From NCBI GenBank assembly GCA_964016885.1, contig OZ024740.1, positions 239,940,001 through 240,004,000 on the forward strand: DNA of 64,000 bases. The letters are read 5' to 3'. Shown piece by piece: positions 11,078 to 23,136 of this stretch (the stretch's first letter is position 1; the number at the start of each line of letters is the position of its first letter). Made by a program: the position numbers and the translations under genes. The stretch comes from Eledone cirrhosa. Its lineage: Eukaryota. The notes under the pieces were generated by a model that had not been told where the DNA came from, did no database searches, and was given only the letters and a program-made list of their open reading frames with translations.

Positions 11078-12958
11078 CTACCTTTCCGCTTCCCGGGATT
11101 CGGGTTGCACGACTTCCATGGGGTCGGGGGTGTTGGGTGAAGGGTTGTCTTGTGGTGGTGTGGGGTCGTCGGTGTGTGGTGGGGTTGGGGTGTTTGGAGT
11201 TGTGTTGGGGAGGGGAAGGGGAGGGGGAAAGCTTTTTAGTAGGACGCGGTTTATGGGTTTGACAGAGGGTGGTCCTACGTCCTCCTTAAAATCCTTTTTT
11301 AGTTTTTGGTAGAGGTTCATTGGGATTTTTATTAGTTTTAAATGTGGGTGGTTTTCTGATGAAACAAAGTTTACACCTTTGGTTTGTACCGAAGGATTAT
11401 TGTATATGAGTTCATTTAATTTATTATTGTTTCTGTTGATGTAAGTATAGTGTAATGTCTTTTTTTCCGATGGTGTGAGTGTTTCGAAGAGGGGAGGGGC
11501 AGGTTTGGTTTTGTTTGTTGCTGGAGGGGTGTTTTCTGTTTTGTTAGATTGTGTTGCGATTTGGGTGGGGGTTGTTTGTCCTTGTGTGTTTTGCACATGT
11601 TTTCTTTTTTTCCTTTTAATCTGTCTGAAGGACTCCGTTTCTTCCTCCGAATTCGTTGGGTTATCTTCAGTGTTGGAGGGAAGAGGTATGTTTGCTGGTA
11701 ATGTTTCCGTGTTGGTTTTCTTTGTGGGGGAGATGGATGTCACTATGTTAGACTGTGTTGTGTGTTGTGTCTGCGGTGGTTGTGTTGTTTTATTGAGTGA
11801 GAGGTTGGGTGGGCCTGTATTTTGTTTTGGGGTAATGTGTTGTGACTGTTTGTGTTGTGGTGGTGTTGTGGTGTTACTGAGGGACGGGTTGGGTGGGACT
11901 GAGTTTTGTTGTTTGTTTATCTGTTGTGGTGGTGGTGGTGGAGCTGGTGTTGGTAGCAGGGTTTTCTTTTTGTTGAGTTGGGGACAAGCGGCCTTCAGGT
12001 GCCCTCTGCCTGCACAGATATGGCAGGACGGCCTTCTCCCCTTCACGCTAATGTTTATATACCCGTGGTCCTCTAATAGGATTCTGTCGGGTATTTGGGC
12101 GATGCGTTCAGGCTTCATTTGTACTACCAGCTCTATACCTGTTCCACTGAACGCATTGCCTGTGGTTTTCCCAATGGAAATCACGTTGTCATTCACTGGA
12201 TCGATGAAGCCAGCTATGAGCCAGCAGTAGTCCACATCTGGCATCATTGCATCCAGCCATATGCGTTGAGTTTTTTTTCCCATATAAGATGGATAAAAGG
12301 TGAAATTTTTCGAACGAATCGGTGACAAAGCACATTTTTTTGCCGCCGATTCGTTCTTCATGATAATTGCTAGGCTTCCATACAGTCTGTCTTTTCTTAT
12401 GAAAGTTGTTTCATTCAGTACTTCTGCGAGTACTGTTTTGATATCTGCTTGAGAAGGCTGTTCAGGTTTTTTTGTACTGTTGTTGATGGTCCGAAACTTG
12501 ACCGTTCGGCTTTCAATGTCTTTCGTGAATTCTTGTGGCATTTTTACCAATAAAATACCATTCTCACCTTCACTTATGTATTGTTTTGCGTCCGTGATCC
12601 TTCGTACCACATCTGAAATGTTTTCCGCTATATAAGTCAAAGATTTCTTTGTTTTCTGTGCAAATGAAATCTGGTCGTCTGCTTTGTTTTCTGATATGAT
12701 GTTATTTTCAACTGTTATTTTTTTGTTTGTTGTGTCTTTGTTTGTGTTATTAGTATTGTCATGCAATTTTTCAAATTTTTTTTTTTTTTCGTTGTTTTCG
12801 TCATTTAATTTTTCCTCCGCAGATTCGTCCGTTTTTATTTTCATTTTTCCTTCCTTCTCTATGACGTTAGTTGGGAAGGAAGGGAGGACTAAAGCGTGCG
12901 AGCTTACAACTCTTACCGCTGTCCCCCCACCACTATTTTCGTTCGCTGCGTTTAACAT
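11078..12958 (-). CDS. Tx1-like ORF1 (626 aa), copy 2
   Basis: CCHC knuckle; a few substitutions and compensating Lys-run indels versus copy 1. Confidence 0.88.
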   Translation of the reverse strand: MLNAANENSGGGTAVRVVSSHALVLPSFPTNVIEKEGKMKIKTDESAEEKLNDENNEKKKKFEKLHDNTNNTNKDTTNKKITVENNIISENKADDQISFAQKTKKSLTYIAENISDVVRRITDAKQYISEGENGILLVKMPQEFTKDIESRTVKFRTINNSTKKPEQPSQADIKTVLAEVLNETTFIRKDRLYGSLAIIMKNESAAKKCALSPIRSKNFTFYPSYMGKKTQRIWLDAMMPDVDYCWLIAGFIDPVNDNVISIGKTTGNAFSGTGIELVVQMKPERIAQIPDRILLEDHGYINISVKGRRPSCHICAGRGHLKAACPQLNKKKTLLPTPAPPPPPQQINKQQNSVPPNPSLSNTTTPPQHKQSQHITPKQNTGPPNLSLNKTTQPPQTQHTTQSNIVTSISPTKKTNTETLPANIPLPSNTEDNPTNSEEETESFRQIKRKKRKHVQNTQGQTTPTQIATQSNKTENTPPATNKTKPAPPLFETLTPSEKKTLHYTYINRNNNKLNELIYNNPSVQTKGVNFVSSENHPHLKLIKIPMNLYQKLKKDFKEDVGPPSVKPINRVLLKSFPPPLPLPNTTPNTPTPPHTDDPTPPQDNPSPNTPDPMEVVQPESREAER

Positions 12959-13193
12959 TTCTGTTAGACGATTGAAATTTTTTACACAAAATTTTTTTTT
13001 AAAACAGGTTTTTCACCTCTAGGAGGGGTAAAGATGAGCTGACCCACCGCCTGACAGTTCAGACGGAGGGTCAAGCTACACAATTGTATCAAAATTAAGT
13101 TTGAACTCACAAAATTTCCTCAATAAATTTGAACAAAACTTCTGTGCGAAGTGAATGACATCCACACTGTAGAACAGACGACAGCTAGATTAT

Positions 13194-13293
<100 letters not shown>

Positions 13294-14116
13294 GGAGAGG
13301 TAGAGAGAGAGAGGGAAAGACAGAAAACCACTACGAAAATACACACAAATAATTCACGCAATATTAAATAATTTATAATAATATTAAGTAATAAATTTAG
13401 TTTAAAATGATATTAAATATTACATAAGTTTATACTGATATTGAATTTTAAATACTTTTCTCGTCAACAGTTTATAAATAATATCAAATATTGAATACAA
13501 TTCATCTTCTGGTTGGTTTTCACTCTTAAAAGTAAACAAATGTTGTTCTCTAATCCTCAGCGTCATTATAGAAATGTTTGTAAGTGTAAGAAACAATGTG
13601 TTTTAACGCTCTCACTTTAGTAATGAGTTTTGAAACGCTAAGAATCGTAGCAGTAGTGATGTTACAGGAATTGTTTGTGATAGGTGCTGGTACGTGAATT
13701 TCTAGCAATATATTTGTTATAACTAAACTTTTAAGTGTGGATTATATTGTTTATAAGCAGTTTCTCCATGTGTATTCTTTGTTGTTGAATAACGTCTTAT
13801 CAAATAAATATATTAGAAACTTTTTACAAAATTTCCAATTTATCAATTTGCAGATAACGATACCTAACAACAAAAATAAACAGAGAGGAATTGCTGATTA
13901 AAAACAGAGTAGACGCTCAAACTTTGAGGTATAATAACAATATTCTTGCAGATTCAAACATTACTCGTGAAACTGAAGATTAAAAAACATCATGTCTTTA
14001 CTGTAAACATTATGATTGGCTCAGAAAGATAGAAAAACAATGTTAGAAGATAAACAACATTCAATATTTAATATTATTATCAACTGCGTATGAGAAATAA
14101 TATTTAAAGTTTAATA

Positions 14117-14976
14117 TTATGTTGGGCAGAAAGCTTTCACCATTTTTCAAATTTATATTGGCTTTGGCGTTTTAACATTAGGAAATTTTACAAGTCAAAA
14201 TAATCGCTATCATTTGCGATTCCATCCATGGCGTTAAGGTAAAGACTTCCATCAGCCACTGATTTAATTGGCGAAGGTATTTGACTGCATTGCATTGTTC
14301 ATTGAGAGGGAAAGGTGATAGGTCAGAATTTGCTTGCTGTTCTGGCGCACACACTTTTCAAACCCCCGATCGTTTGCGCTTGCCATTAATGTAGAGACAC
14401 TATTTTTCATCACCAGTGACAAGGGAATAGTTGTACAATGGTAGGAGTGTAAAGAGGTCGGAGCTGCCACCAGTCATTAACAATTGTGGGGCACTCATTC
14501 GTCCAGCTTGGACACGTTCCCGATTGCATGCAAGTGATTGAAGACGGTTGTTTTCGATGCCCCAAACACCTGGGAAAGTTGACGTGCTGGCTGGCGTGGA
14601 TAGGCTTTAACAAGCTTACACATTTAGTCGTCATTGAAGTCGGATAAATGTCCTGCGTGAAGTCGATCTTCAAGAGAACCAGTCCTTGGCACTGCATTCA
14701 GACATAGTGTGTGACCCAAATGCATTTTTAATACGACGATTCGTTGCTGCTGCACTTAGGCCAGATTTGAAGTCATAAAGTAAACAGCCACAAATAAATT
14801 ATTTGTATAGATCCCGATTGCTTCCTCTTTGACGGTGTAACAGGAAAAAAGAACTGCGCTTAGTGCATACTAACGTCATTTCTTATATATGTGCGTATTC
14901 ACAACCTTCAGCATTTCCAGAAAACTACCAAAATACTTATTTTTGAAAAACCGCGGTAACTTTCTGTCCAACCCAA
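14117..14976 (-). mobile_element. Decayed, internally deleted mariner (Tc1/mariner) transposon
   Basis: Imperfect TIRs TTATGTTGGGCAGAAAG / CTTTCTGTCCAACCCAA flanked by TA. Minus-strand remnants read *VPHNC (WVPHEL motif) and LVTGDEK*CLYINGKRKR (TGDEKW catalytic motif). Confidence 0.75.
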
Positions 14977-15207
14977 TATTATTATAAACTCTATATAATA
15001 TTGGATGGCAAACTTTATGTAATATATAATATCATTATAAACCGTATTTATTATTTAGTATTGATATTTTATATTAATAAACTATATTACATCGTATATA
15101 TTCTTTGTGTGCATTGTCCATGCAAGTTAATATCTATATAGAAATCATTCTTTTAGTTTTAATTTATCTATCTATATTAGAAAAGATAGTAGAAACTATA
15201 CTAATAA

Positions 15208-15406
15208 TTGTTTCTATTTTAGGCACAAGGCCAGCAATTACCCAGTACATTACTGGTACTTTATTTTATCGACCCTGTAAGGATGAAAGGCAAAGTTAAC
15301 CTCGGCGGGATTTAAACTCAGATCATAAAGAGAAGTAACTCCATGCTTCGTCCCTTTATGATCTGAGTTCAAATCCCGCCGAGGTTAACTTTGCCTTTCA
15401 TCCTTA
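15208..15406. mobile_element. tRNA-derived SINE fragments in fold-back arrangement (minus copy then short plus copy)
   Basis: Matches the SINE at 30628; arms about 15278-15331 and 15355-15407 are reverse complements. Confidence 0.8.
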
Positions 15407-15835
15407 AACTGTACTAATAATATTAGAATAGCTGATAAGATCAGATTATCGTCGTAATCGTCTGAGCTGTTTCTCGACCAATGTTTTTGAACTCGCAGTT
15501 TGAAATATTATCAAAGCACACTTCACTTTTCCAGAACTCAAGTTTCTGATTATTGATATAAATAAATCCACTTTCTATTTCTGTTTCGTTGCGTTTTCTA
15601 TTGCGTTCCTTTAAATATATCCAATATTGAATTAAAGAAAACTATAAATAGGCTCACGATCTGAAGTTTGACAAGGAAAAAAAGTAACTACAGTTGCGGA
15701 ATCATGAAATGTTGAAGGGCTTAATAGTAAGATTGGCTAACGTCAGATGGTGTAGTCTTACCTCAACCTTCTATTAATTTATAACAGCTGTCCAACATTA
15801 AAATCAATCACTCTCTCTCTCTATCTCTCTCTCTA

Positions 15836-15883
<48 letters not shown>

Positions 15884-15992
15884 CATATTTCACACACGCA
15901 CTCACTCACACGCACTCAGAGGTGCACGCATATTCACAAAGAAGTACACACATACCACATATACAAAGAAAGACAGACAGACAGACAAACAG

Positions 15993-16086
<94 letters not shown>

Positions 16087-16090
<4 letters not shown>

Positions 16091-16491
16091 CTGTATTTGC
16101 CACAACGGCGCACAAGAAAAGGGGACAATACAAAGACATATGCCGGGGATTTTACATGCGGTCGTGTAAAAATATTATTAAAACATACAAATTTGACAAT
16201 CGATATCCCAAATAGGGGGGGGGGGGCGTTAAAAATGGGTTGTTTAATACCCCGTCGATAGAACAACCCTCAACTTCAGGAGCGTGTTGTGCACGTGCTC
16301 CTTTCTTCCTTTGGTTTATATACAGAGAAGGCCCAATCACTCGGCCCATTCTCGCCACATTCACCCACCTTTCAGTAAATTTACTGGGGTGCAGTGCCTC
16401 TCTCTCTACTCTGATTCTCCTTCCAAAGTGGTACCTAAAGAAGGGAATGAGTTGTTGTCCGGAGAGAAAGGCATCTGTCCTCAGTCCCCTC
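16087..16491 (-). mobile_element. 5'-truncated Tx1 relative (ORF2 C-terminus + 3' UTR)
   Basis: Minus strand encodes RWVNVARMGRVIGPSLY, homologous to ORF2 end RWVIVARMARVNGPSLY. 3' end GGCAAATACAGAAAT abuts (TA)n; 5' end abuts (GATA)n. Confidence 0.85.
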
Positions 16492-16570
<79 letters not shown>

Positions 16571-16583
16571 ATAGATAGATAGA

Positions 16584-16968
16584 TTTCTTTATTAGCCACA
16601 GGGGCACAAAAGAAGGGGACAAATACAAAGGGGGAAGTTTACATACAATAAAAACGTGTAAAATGTTATCACAGATGGAATTTAAAAAGTTAGTCGATTT
16701 TCCCCAATAGAGGGAGACAGTTTATATGGGTAACACATACCCCCGAAAAAAAATGTGCAACCCTCATCTCCAGGAGTACGAAGAGTTTGTACTCCCTTCC
16801 TCTCCTCCTCCTTTTCCTCAACCTACAAGCTGATATAGAGAGAAGGCCCATTCACTCGGGCCATTCTCGCCACTTTCACCCACCTTTCATAAAATTTGCT
16901 GGGGTAGAGCACCTCTCTCTCCATCCTGATTCTTCTTCCAAAGTGGTATTTGAAAAAAAGAATCAGTT
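16584..16968 (-). mobile_element. 5'-truncated Tx1 relative (third variant) in (GATA)n
   Basis: Homologous to the ORF2 end and 3' UTR of copy 1; 3' end GGCTAATAAAGAAA; (GATA)n on both sides. Confidence 0.85.
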
Positions 16969-16970
16969 AT

Positions 16971-17033
<63 letters not shown>

Positions 17034-17211
17034 TGTGAAGAAGGAGAGATCGAAATTTCAGTTCAACATATGTTATTTGTACTCACGCTTAACACGTGTT
17101 TCACAAATGACCAGCTTTGAGTTTTAATCTGTTGCAAGTAAATCCGTACTAGGATCGATTTTCTCATCAGGCGCATTCGAACTACTCCCTACCCCCTGCT
17201 CTCTCTATATG

Positions 17212-17280
<69 letters not shown>

Positions 17281-17825
17281 TTCTCTTCCACTCTCTCGTT
17301 GTTTCTCTACCTATCATTCTCGGCCATGGTAGGTAGCAGGCCTCTTTTCTTCAGCTCAGCAATGTACTAACATTCTCTTGACGAAAGTCAAGTATTGAAT
17401 TTTGTTTTGTTTATTTTTACAATTTTTCTACCGTTAACATATAGCACATGTTACACGCTAAGTCCGTTATCTATTTATTTCTAGTTGTAATTATTTTTAC
17501 GTATTTATTACTCTCTTGTCGAAAGACACCAATAAATTGTCCAATGCATTCTTTGTTTTGTTATCTTTGACATACATCTGACCAACGGAACAGATTTCAA
17601 TCTGTTACACAAACTAACATTAAAGTTCAACGCCACCTTAATACACGGAATTTCACACCAGCAACGTGGCAGGCGAGGTAATAATGCAGATGTCTCTTTA
17701 TCTTAATATTTCTTGCAAAATGTGTAGAGTTATATACACTTTCGCACAGTCTCGGTTGCCCACTCAGTATATATACAGATATAACTTTATCGTACACTTT
17801 GGCTGTTTGGCGTGGTTCTTAATGT

Positions 17826-17901
<76 letters not shown>

Positions 17902-17929
17902 TGTGTGTGTGTGTGTGTATGCGGGAGAG

Positions 17930-17984
<55 letters not shown>

Positions 17985-18130
17985 GAGAGAGAGTGGGAGA
18001 GATCCTGTGGTGTTGAGACCGAAGAGACCACAACAAATCATAGGAGATGCAAAGTGGGTATAGAGATAGGTATAACACCAACCGCGGCGCCAAGCGGTCG
18101 GGATTATACCTCTTTCTCTAGCTCTCTCTT

Positions 18131-18228
<98 letters not shown>

Positions 18229-18469
18229 AGACAAGAGTGGTTATGTCTTGGAAGTCACTACAATGCAATTCGGGTTGTAAATATTAGACAACAAAATCGT
18301 GTGTGGAATGAGAGAGTTTATGATGTACGGAGAAGAGGCAGAAAAACAAGAAACATTACCTTGGAAATATTATCAATGCATATACAATTACAATCCTGCT
18401 TGCATTATAGCAACTTCCAAGACTTAACAATTTTTCAGAGTAACACGGTCGACCGATTAAGCCATTAAA

Positions 18470-18503
<34 letters not shown>

Positions 18504-18624
18504 GGAGGTGAGTTTTATTGTAGTACAATAAAGCAATGCAGATATCGGATAAGAAGCACTCTACAGTTTGTGGGACTGGAGTATGCATAATATAAGACCA
18601 AAAGATGGTTAAAGGAGTTCCATA

Positions 18625-18695
18625 TATTTTATTATGCGCATTTCAAAAACAAACATCATCAAGCAATAATATTTGTGTTTTCATCAGATAAAACA
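18625..18695 (-). ncRNA. Minimal type I hammerhead ribozyme motif (mirror of 20503-20573)
   Basis: Reverse complement of the 20503 motif. Confidence 0.75.
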
Positions 18696-19112
18696 GGAGA
18701 ACATGATATGAAGGCTAAAAAACACTTGTTGATAGTGCAGTTTTAAATCAACATATGAAAAGTGGTTTTAGATTGATGTGTGATATTGGGAAAAATATTT
18801 TATTTAGAGAGGGGGGGGAGGATGAAAAGGGAAGGAGATGAGAGGGAGAGATGGGTGATAGAGAGAAAGAGATAGTTTTTATAACTGAGAGGAGATATAT
18901 TTTTTACATAGAGGGGTTGAAAACCGTTGGAAGATACTGTATAAATTAAAAATTTTGAAAATTAACGAAGGGAGGATATGTGCGAGGAAAAAATATTTTA
19001 TTTAGGGAGGGGGGGGGTGGAAAGGATGAAAAAAAGGGGGGAGGAGATGAGAGTGAAGGTGGAGAGGGAGAGATGGGTGATAGAGAGAAAGAGATAGTTT
19101 TTATAACTGAGA

Positions 19113-19523
19113 AATAAATGTCCTCTCAACAACCATTGCCTCGATAAAAACTTAATTTATGAATGTAAAATTATAACTAGCACCAATTCCTTCACCTATT
19201 TTGGCTCCACTTCCACCTCTTTTAAAGCTCGTCTCTATAATCATCATTCATCTTTCAAATACAAACTTAAAAGAACTAACACTGCTCTCTCTGAACTCAT
19301 ATGGTCCTTAAAAGACAAAAACATTAAATATAACATCTTTTGGAAAAAGATTTCTTCTGCATCCTCATACTTGAACAGCTCTCTATCTAAAATCTGTAAT
19401 CTCTGCCTAAATGAAAAATTTACCATTATCTCTAACCTAGATTCTATAATAAATAGACGCTCAGATTTGTTTTCTATCTGCCTGCATAAATTCCATAGAA
19501 CTTTTCACAAAGTATACAGTTAA
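19113..19523 (+). pseudogene. C-terminal GIY-YIG endonuclease of a Penelope-like element (probably Naiad-type); open frame without ATG
   Basis: Hand translation: NKCPLNNHCLDKNLIYECKII..TYFGSTSTSFKARLYNHHSSFK..TALSELIWSLKDKNIKYNIFWKKI..KICNLCLNEKFTII..IINRRSDLFSICLHKF..*. Shows LIY..YFG, R, CxxC-E and N motifs. Confidence 0.82.
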
Positions 19524-20502
19524 TATTCAATTCTTTATCAATTTAGAATCTTTTCTCAAAGGCACATATACATACACCTCTTTAAAATATACCCATCTAC
19601 CTTACCTTACTTTAAAGGGCATTATACACTCTATAATACTCGTTTACTCATTACCCTCATTCTATCTTCTCGTAAAATAATAACATTTGTTTTTGACATT
19701 TTGAATATTCATCCGCAATCATTATTATTTTTTCTCTCTATGATAAATCTTTTTAATCTCAATTTCATCCTTAATATATTATTATTTTTTTCTCCCCATC
19801 AACGAACTCATTATTAATACATATCAATTCAATATACAAACTTTAACTTCACATTATTTTTCTCAAATCCTTCTACACACAAACCTTAACAATTTTTCTC
19901 TTCGCTAATTTTGAAATTGCCACAATACATACATTTCTTCTTTTGACGTTAGAATATTCACCCACAATTATTATTTTTTTCTCTCTATCTTCATACATAA
20001 TTTCCCTTCGTTAATTTTCAAATTCCTTTAATTTATACATTATCTTCCAACGGTTCCCAACCTCTCTATATTAAAACAATATATCTTTTTCTCAGTTATA
20101 AAAACTATCTCTTTCTCTCTATCACCCATCTCTCCCTCTCCACCTTCACTCTCATCTCCTCCCCCCTTTTTTTCATCCTCCCCCCCCCCTCCCTAAATAA
20201 AATATTTTTTCCTCGCACATATCCTCCCTTCGTTAATTTTCAAAATTTTTAATTTATACAGTATCTTCCAACGGTTTTCAACCCCTCTATGTAAAAAATA
20301 TATCTCCTCTCAGTTATAAAAACTATCTCTTTCTCTCTATCACCCATCTCTCCCTCTCATCTCCTTCCCTTTTCATCCCCCCCCCCCTCTCTAAATAAAA
20401 TATTTTTCCCAATATCACACATCAATCTAAAACCACTTTTCATATGTTGATTTAAAACTGCACTATCAACAAGTGTTTTTTAGCCTTCATATCATGTTCT
20501 CC

Positions 20503-20573
20503 TGTTTTATCTGATGAAAACACAAATATTATTGCTTGATGATGTTTGTTTTTGAAATGCGCATAATAAAATA
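20503..20573 (+). ncRNA. Minimal type I hammerhead ribozyme motif
   Basis: Stem I TGTTTTAT/ATAAAATA, core CTGATGA (20511), long AT-rich stem II, GAAA-T-GCGC-A-TA with palindromic loop III, AUA cleavage triplet. Confidence 0.8.
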
Positions 20574-20603
20574 TATGGAACTCCTTTAACCATCTTTTGA
20601 TCT

Positions 20604-20670
<67 letters not shown>

Positions 20671-20950
20671 TAAACGGAATAGAAAATGCTGACAAATTGT
20701 TCACAGTTGAAAAATGGTTTAATTAGGAATAAAAGAGTATTAGTGATTGTATGGGTTAGTATTCAGTTGTGGTTTTAAGTTTTTAAGTTTTTACCGGTTG
20801 CGCATTTCTAAATGCTTTTCAAAAATAATTTTGAGATAGAGTGTCCGTGCTGTTTGCATATAATGATAATAAATTTGAAGACTAAAATCCAAAGAGGGCT
20901 CGATAAGGATAAATATATATCAAATATATAAGAACCGTAGAGCAAATATT

Positions 20951-21052
20951 TATTAAAATAACAGATTAAAGTTTAAGCTGAAACTTTCAGAAGATCCCGT
21001 TAAGGGTGAAAGCAGCGATTCTTTGCTTAAACTTTAATCTGTTATTTTAATA
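20951..21052. repeat. 28-bp perfect inverted repeat with a degenerate hammerhead core in the loop
   Basis: TATTAAAATAACAGATTAAAGTTTAAGC and its reverse complement; loop contains CAGAAGA-TCCCGTTAAGGGT-GAAA. Confidence 0.7.
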
Positions 21053-21309
21053 TATATATATATATATACATATATATACGATTCACCCACCTTCGGTTTG
21101 CTTTTCCTTCTATGTTGTTTACTTGTCTCACTCGCTTTACGCGATTCACTTGTCCCAATAGCTTATTTTAGTTATTGCTCGCACCAACCTGAGGTATATG
21201 ATTTTTAATGCGATGAAATACCAATGATGGTTGGCAAATCACTGATGAGGGACTAATTTTATAATATGTAACCCATGTGCAACCACGCAGTATTCCTCTT
21301 TCTTCCCAT

Positions 21310-21382
<73 letters not shown>

Positions 21383-21845
21383 GAAGAAGAGAGGCCGCTG
21401 TGTAGTTACTGGAAGGTATACTTAAAAATAAGAAGAAAGCATGAACGGGAGAAAGTTTTCCTTCATCAGTTGTCTGCTGGGGCTCTCGGATATTTCTACG
21501 CATTAAAGACAAGATATCTCACCCCAGTGCGTTCAATAACTAAGTAAGTCATTGAGAAAACAAACGAGGGAGAGAAAGAAAGTATAGGATAACAGAAGGG
21601 AAAAGGGAAGAAAAGAGAAAAGAGAAAAAAACGGGAAACAAACCGATGACTGTGTGAGCAATTCGAAGAGAGAAAATTAAAGTCCACGACAATTACTGAG
21701 CATAAGTTCGAGATTTGTGCGGACGAGAAAAAAGACACGGCTGGCCTCTGCAAGTGTAAGTGAGAATAAGACTGCTAGAGAGACAGGCGAAGGAAGCAAT
21801 GAGGTGGCTAACGCTGAAGGGTGAGTGAAAGTGAGAAGGAGAAAG

Positions 21846-21949
<104 letters not shown>

Positions 21950-21973
21950 TGTAGAAAAGTGACACACGAGTTG

Positions 21974-22521
21974 ATATATATAAACAAATAGTAAAAAGGA
22001 AAAAGTACAGTAAAAAATGCTGGAGTGATTTTTGCAGTATAATATCAAAACATTTATCTATAAAGTGGGGATTTCCGTATCTAATCGTGGTACCGGTTTC
22101 AGCATTATATGCTTTTTCAACGACGGAAGTGTAAAGTGCAGTTAAATTGCATATTTATACGAATAATAGTAAGAATATTAAATTGCATATTTATTAGTTT
22201 TTACATACATATTTAAAGAGGTAAGTTCATGTTTCTGTCCGAGGCTCTCTTTCGTTCTCTGCTAATTGACCAACAGAGGTGGTAGTAGTTTAAACTTTTG
22301 GTCTCGACTCTTCTCCATTTTATTATTTTTGGTATAAATATGCAATTTAACTGCACTTTATACTTCTGTCGTTGAAAAAGCATATAATGCTGAAACCGTT
22401 ACCTCGATTAAATGCGGAAATCCCCACTTTATAAATAAATGTCTTGATATTATACTGAAAAAATCCCTCCAGCATTTTCTACTGTATTTTTTTTTCTTTT
22501 TACTATTCGTATGTATATATA
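21974..22521. repeat. About 185-bp diverged inverted repeat, probable PLE pseudo-LTR remnant
   Basis: Arms 21974-22160 and 22332-22521; degenerate hammerhead-like TTGAAAA-AGCATATAATGCT-GAAAC. Confidence 0.7.
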
Positions 22522-22831
22522 TGTGTGTGGGGGGGGGCTGCCCCCCGTAATTCCTGGGAAGTCGTAGGGATGCTGTAGTGATATAAGGCGTTGGGGGGGG
22601 GGGGGCATTTAAACCTGGCGGAGCACATCTCTCCAGACCTGAACAGCTGATTTCTTCCAGAAGATAAGAGAAAGAGAAAGAGAGAAAGATAGAGAGAGAG
22701 GGGGAGAGAGAATGAGAAATAGGTATAGAAGAGGAATTAACCCTAGTACTGAACTGGTGCTATATTTAGTCATCTCGGGATTTGAATTCAGACTGTGCCA
22801 ATTTGTCGCCATCTATCTATCTCCCTCTATT

Positions 22832-22896
<65 letters not shown>

Positions 22897-22906
22897 CGAA
22901 GGAAAT

Positions 22907-23032
22907 GTGGTAAGGAACCAGATGGACCATAACGCACCAAAGTACTCAATACTTAGGGTAGTAGAGGGGGTAATAGGAACGAGTAGGACCCCGACGGCTG
23001 AGCTCAAGCCGTTTCGACGGCTAATTCTGGAC
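22907..23032. repeat. Dispersed repeat, also present at 25073-25330 (forward/inverted/forward) and partially at about 29425-29476
   Basis: Shared GTGGTAAGGAACCAG..TAGGAACGAGTAGGACCC.GACGGCTGAGCTCAAGCCGTTTCGACGGCTAATTCTG. Confidence 0.75.
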
Positions 23033-23136
23033 GAGTTATATATATATATCCAGGGAGTGTAACGCGGAGTTACTATAGGTTCACCACCTGGGTGAGCACT
23101 CGAAGTTTAGGTTCACGTCGGTATCGAGGTGTAGAG

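Larger units (their letters stand above)
7392..13191 (-). mobile_element. Full-length Tx1-clade non-LTR retrotransposon, copy 2, tandem with copy 1
   Basis: Near-identical to 1564-7360 and flanked by (GATA)n on both sides. Confidence 0.93.
18501..20611 (+). mobile_element. 5'-truncated Penelope-like element with inverted pseudo-LTR at its 5' side
   Basis: Inverted arms about 18587-19113 and 20088-20611, GIY-YIG fragment between them, a hammerhead in each arm, (TA)n on both sides. Confidence 0.85.

Noticed and set aside
1686-13022. Plus-strand and alternate-frame ORFs overlapping the Tx1 copies (for example 5647-6402)
   Set aside because: They are antisense shadows of ORF1/ORF2, duplicated only because the element is duplicated.
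1564-13191. Tandem Tx1 copies as an assembly artefact or LTR structure
   Set aside because: The copies differ by scattered substitutions and compensating indels, and copy 1 has its own TSD. No LTR, PBS or integrase is present.
13854-13930. Exon-like segment with TTTGCAG acceptor and GAG/GTATAA donor
   Set aside because: Stops occur in all three frames and no partner exons are evident.
19113-20600. Selenoprotein/SECIS in the Naiad-like fragment
   Set aside because: All Cys codons in the fragment are TGT/TGC, there is no in-frame TGA, and I saw no convincing SECIS downstream.
21180-21480. CTGATGA motifs at about 21242 (+) and 21463-21469 (-), and hairpin CCAACC..GGTTGG
   Set aside because: There is no correctly placed GAAA or stem III, so these are not called as hammerheads; SECIS geometry is also not met.
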